Positions 60,967 through 64,000 of a DNA stretch of 64,000 nucleotides are shown here, in pieces. Source of the DNA: an uncultured virus (IMG/VR IMGVR_UViG_3300031787_000017) (taxonomy: Duplodnaviria > Heunggongvirae > Uroviricota > Caudoviricetes); IMG/VR virus record IMGVR_UViG_3300031787_000017. One strand, 5' to 3'. The first letter of the stretch is position 1; the number at the start of each line of letters is the position of its first letter. The position numbers and the translations under genes are program-made. The notes below the pieces were generated by a model. It ran no database searches, was not told where the DNA came from, and saw only the letters and a list, made by a program, of their open reading frames with translations.

Positions 60967-63647
60967 TGGCAATTCGTAGAACGGGTTCGCAAACACTAGT
61001 CAATAGAGGTGTTACAGCTGCAGCAGCGACACCCGTAAATATTATTACAGGTAGTGGTGGTGGCGGTGCAACAGTAAATATTTCTTCAATTCAAATTGCG
61101 AATTCTACGTTTGTCGTAAAAGATGATACTGCCATCGATACAGCTGGCGGATTCATGATTATCAATGGTACAGGATTTCAAAGTGGTGCTGTAGTTTACA
61201 TTCAAGGTACAGCAGCAACATCAACAGCATTTGTAAGTTCTTCACGATTAAATGTTACAGTACCAGCATTAAGTAGTGGATTATTAGATGTTTATGTGGT
61301 CAATACAGATGGATCGGGTTCTATCTATTTACGATCACTTAATGCAAATGGTACACCTTCATGGACTACAACATCACCATTAACAACTCAAGACTCAGGG
61401 ACCGCATTTGCAATTAATTTAGTGGCTTCAGGTGCAGCAGGCGATGGTACAATTACATATGCAGTTTCTTCTGGTAGTTCTTTGCCTTCAGGTACATTCT
61501 TAGCATCAAATGGATATTTTTATGGCACAGTGAGTGTAGGTACAGAAACGACTTATAGTTTTAGTGTTGATGCGATTGATGCACAAAACCAAGAAACTGC
61601 AAGATCATTTAATATAACAGTACAAATTCCTGACCCATACTTCAACCTAACTACATTGTTGTTATCGGGTAATGGCACAAACAATGCTAACAACAACGTG
61701 TTCCAAGATTCCAGCACTAATAACTTCACCATTACTCGTAACGGCAACACGACGCAGGGTACGTTCTCGCCGTTTAGCCAGACTGGGTGGAGTAACTTCT
61801 TTGATGGAACTGGCGATTACTTACAGACTGCTTCAGGCAGCTCTACGTCTTTTGGCGCTGGTGACTTCTGTGTAGAGTGCTGGTTTTATAAGACATCGAG
61901 TACTGCTACCGGCGGTTATTTAGTTGCCAATCTTGAGAGCAACAGCGATGCTCAATGGGCGTTGATGATTACTGGTACAGGGTTAATTCGTTGGCAGGGA
62001 TGGAATACGATTTGGCTGAACCCATCTGCCCCTGCCATTAACCAATGGAACCATGTTGCAGTATGCAGGTCTGGTACAACACTTTCTTTATTTGTAAATG
62101 GTAGTAGGTCGGCAACTTTATCAAGCCATAGTAATAATTACTCCGCTACTACAGATGTAAGAGTCGGGGCATATGCTAGTGGAACAGACCCGTTTACTGG
62201 ATATATTTCTAATGCAAGGGTTATAAAAGGTTCAACGCCCTATGATCCGACACTCACTACGTTGACTGTACCAACCGCACCGCTAACAGCAATTACGAAC
62301 ACTTCGTTACTAACATGTCAGTCGAATCGTTTTATCGACAACAGCACCAACGGTTTTGCTATCACACGCCACGGTGATGTTAGCGTCCAAGCCTTCAGCC
62401 CATTCGCTCCTACTGCTGCATACAGCGCGGCTACTGTAGGTGGTAGTGGGTTCTTTGATGGTACTGGAGATTTTTTAAGAGTACCAAGTACAGGAGAAGG
62501 ATTTAGTTCTATAACCACCTTTACCTACGAATGTTGGATATATCCTACCTCAGCATTGACTACTAACTGTATTTTTGACATCAGCGAATGTCAACCCTTT
62601 AGGTTTGTATTATCTAGTTCAAATGTAGTGTGGCAGGCTACAAGTTCGGGCAGTACAATTTTAACTGCAACCTTTACTTGGATAATAGGAGCATGGCACC
62701 ACGTAGTGTTCGTAAGAGATGTTAGCGGCAACATATCAATTTTTATTAATGGAACACGTTACGCAACTGCCAATTACGGAAGTTGGGGCTCGACTGGAGT
62801 AGGTGGTGTAAACATTGGTTGCAATCGAGGTGATACTTGGTTCTTCCCTGGTTTTATTTCTAATGCAAGATTTGTTAAAGGCACTGCGGTTTATACGGGT
62901 GCATTTACTCCACCGACAAGGCCGCTATCGGCATCTGGCGCAGATTCCGCTTCGGCCTATCCGAGCACATCAAACGTCAACACTTCTTTCGCTGCGTCCG
63001 CGACCAGCCTGTTCCTCAACTTCACCAACGCAGGTGTCGTAGACTCGGCCGCCAAGAACGTACTAGAGACAGTAGGCAACGCGCGGATCAGCACGACGCA
63101 GAGTAAGTTTGGTGGTAGCTCGATGTACTTCGATGGTACGGGGGATTACCTAAAGTTTCCGTCAAGCGAGTTAGTGCCTTTTGCATCTAACGAAAAGTTC
63201 ACAATAGAAGGCTGGATATACCCATCGGCTGCAACTGCTGGGCAAATTTACGGCATCTATACAACGCGAAACAGCGGCATATCAGCCTATGCTATTGCTA
63301 TCACATTGTTTGGGAGTCCGTTGAAAATAAATGTTGAGATAGCCACCTCTGGAAGTGCATTGGTGACTATTTCATCATCAACAACGATAAGTGCAAACAC
63401 TTGGTATCACTTTGCTGTGGTACACGATGGTACGCAATTAAAACTTTATTTGAACGGAACAAGCGAAGGCACTCCTGCTACGACATCGCAAGCAACAACA
63501 CTAAAGGTGATGGCTTTAGGAAGATATTATGTGGACATCGATAACTACTACTTTAATGGCTATATTGATGACTTCCGCATTACCAAGGGTTACGCACGAT
63601 ATACTTCTAACTTTACACCACCTACATCAACATTTTTAACAAAATAA
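60966..63647 (+). CDS. Tail fibre/adhesin with IPT/Ig-like and three LamG/concanavalin-A-like domains
   Basis: Repeated FDGTGDYL..FTxECW..WNHVAV..LFVNG..GYISNAR units. Confidence 0.8.
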   Translation: MAIRRTGSQTLVNRGVTAAAATPVNIITGSGGGGATVNISSIQIANSTFVVKDDTAIDTAGGFMIINGTGFQSGAVVYIQGTAATSTAFVSSSRLNVTVPALSSGLLDVYVVNTDGSGSIYLRSLNANGTPSWTTTSPLTTQDSGTAFAINLVASGAAGDGTITYAVSSGSSLPSGTFLASNGYFYGTVSVGTETTYSFSVDAIDAQNQETARSFNITVQIPDPYFNLTTLLLSGNGTNNANNNVFQDSSTNNFTITRNGNTTQGTFSPFSQTGWSNFFDGTGDYLQTASGSSTSFGAGDFCVECWFYKTSSTATGGYLVANLESNSDAQWALMITGTGLIRWQGWNTIWLNPSAPAINQWNHVAVCRSGTTLSLFVNGSRSATLSSHSNNYSATTDVRVGAYASGTDPFTGYISNARVIKGSTPYDPTLTTLTVPTAPLTAITNTSLLTCQSNRFIDNSTNGFAITRHGDVSVQAFSPFAPTAAYSAATVGGSGFFDGTGDFLRVPSTGEGFSSITTFTYECWIYPTSALTTNCIFDISECQPFRFVLSSSNVVWQATSSGSTILTATFTWIIGAWHHVVFVRDVSGNISIFINGTRYATANYGSWGSTGVGGVNIGCNRGDTWFFPGFISNARFVKGTAVYTGAFTPPTRPLSASGADSASAYPSTSNVNTSFAASATSLFLNFTNAGVVDSAAKNVLETVGNARISTTQSKFGGSSMYFDGTGDYLKFPSSELVPFASNEKFTIEGWIYPSAATAGQIYGIYTTRNSGISAYAIAITLFGSPLKINVEIATSGSALVTISSSTTISANTWYHFAVVHDGTQLKLYLNGTSEGTPATTSQATTLKVMALGRYYVDIDNYYFNGYIDDFRITKGYARYTSNFTPPTSTFLTK

Positions 63648-63659
63648 AAAGAAAAAGAT

Positions 63660-64000
63660 ATGCCATTAACACAACTAACAGATGGTCTAATTCAACCAGG
63701 AACGATTCAACAATCTGATTTAAGTCCATCGATTGCAGCAAACATATCTTCTGCTTTTGCTGCGGCTAACTCTGCGGCGTCATATGCTAATTCTGCATTT
63801 GCTGCGGCGAATACAGCTGTAACAGATCCAATAGATGCATATGCTAGAAATACTGCGAATAGTTCTGGTGTATATGCTAATGCCGCTTACGCTGCAGCCA
63901 ACACAGGATCACCAGATACTTTAGCTAGAAATACAGCGAATAGTGCTGGTGTTTATGCTAATTCTGCATTTGCTGCGGCTAATACTGTTGATCAAAAATC
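63660..64000 (+). CDS. Ala/Asn-repeat fibre protein (runs off the window)
   Basis: YANSAFAAANT / ARNTANSAGVYAN repeats. Confidence 0.7.
   Translation, partial: MPLTQLTDGLIQPGTIQQSDLSPSIAANISSAFAAANSAASYANSAFAAANTAVTDPIDAYARNTANSSGVYANAAYAAANTGSPDTLARNTANSAGVYANSAFAAANTVDQK

Noticed and set aside
3601..63042. Many antisense or alternate-frame ORFs (e.g. 3601-3921, 6796-7305, 19551-20141, 36526-37167, 55636-56310)
   Set aside because: Shadows of well-supported genes on the other strand or frame.
60966..64000. Diversity-generating retroelement target in fibre genes
   Set aside because: No reverse transcriptase or adenine-specific template/variable repeat pair seen; repeats are ordinary domain or peptide repeats.

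Overview
A 64 kb segment of an AT-rich T4-like (Straboviridae/Kyanoviridae-style) myophage genome. The host is probably a freshwater betaproteobacterium, inferred from the tmRNA tag, PqqA sequence type and AhpC/AhpD. Layout: baseplate, tail and head-completion genes (gp53, 48, 4, 2, 54-like, 26, 51, two paralogous tape-measure/hub-like proteins; 1-8.3 kb). A minus-strand replication and accessory block follows (gp32, gp59, gp33, DsbA, RNase H, PBP7-like peptidase, SleB, ClpP, GalE, GT2, AhpC/D; 8.3-31.3 kb), containing a circularly permuted two-piece tmRNA and an unannotated pqqA gene. Next is an array of 28 tRNAs covering all 20 amino acids, interleaved with structured ncRNAs (31.4-39.9 kb). 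Then come many small early genes with repeated sigma70 promoter cassettes (40-59.6 kb) and tail-fibre-like genes (59.7-64 kb). The best candidate for a new system is a ribosome-coupled attenuator at the head of the tRNA array. Its 41-codon leader peptide contains all 20 amino acids, and its stop codon overlaps an antiterminator. It could switch on phage tRNAs when host tRNAs are depleted. Also notable: a putative -1 frameshift fusing gp26 to gp51 (lambda G/GT-like), phage pqqA, and two homologous ~200-nt ncRNAs. All family assignments are by motif recognition only; no database searches were run.
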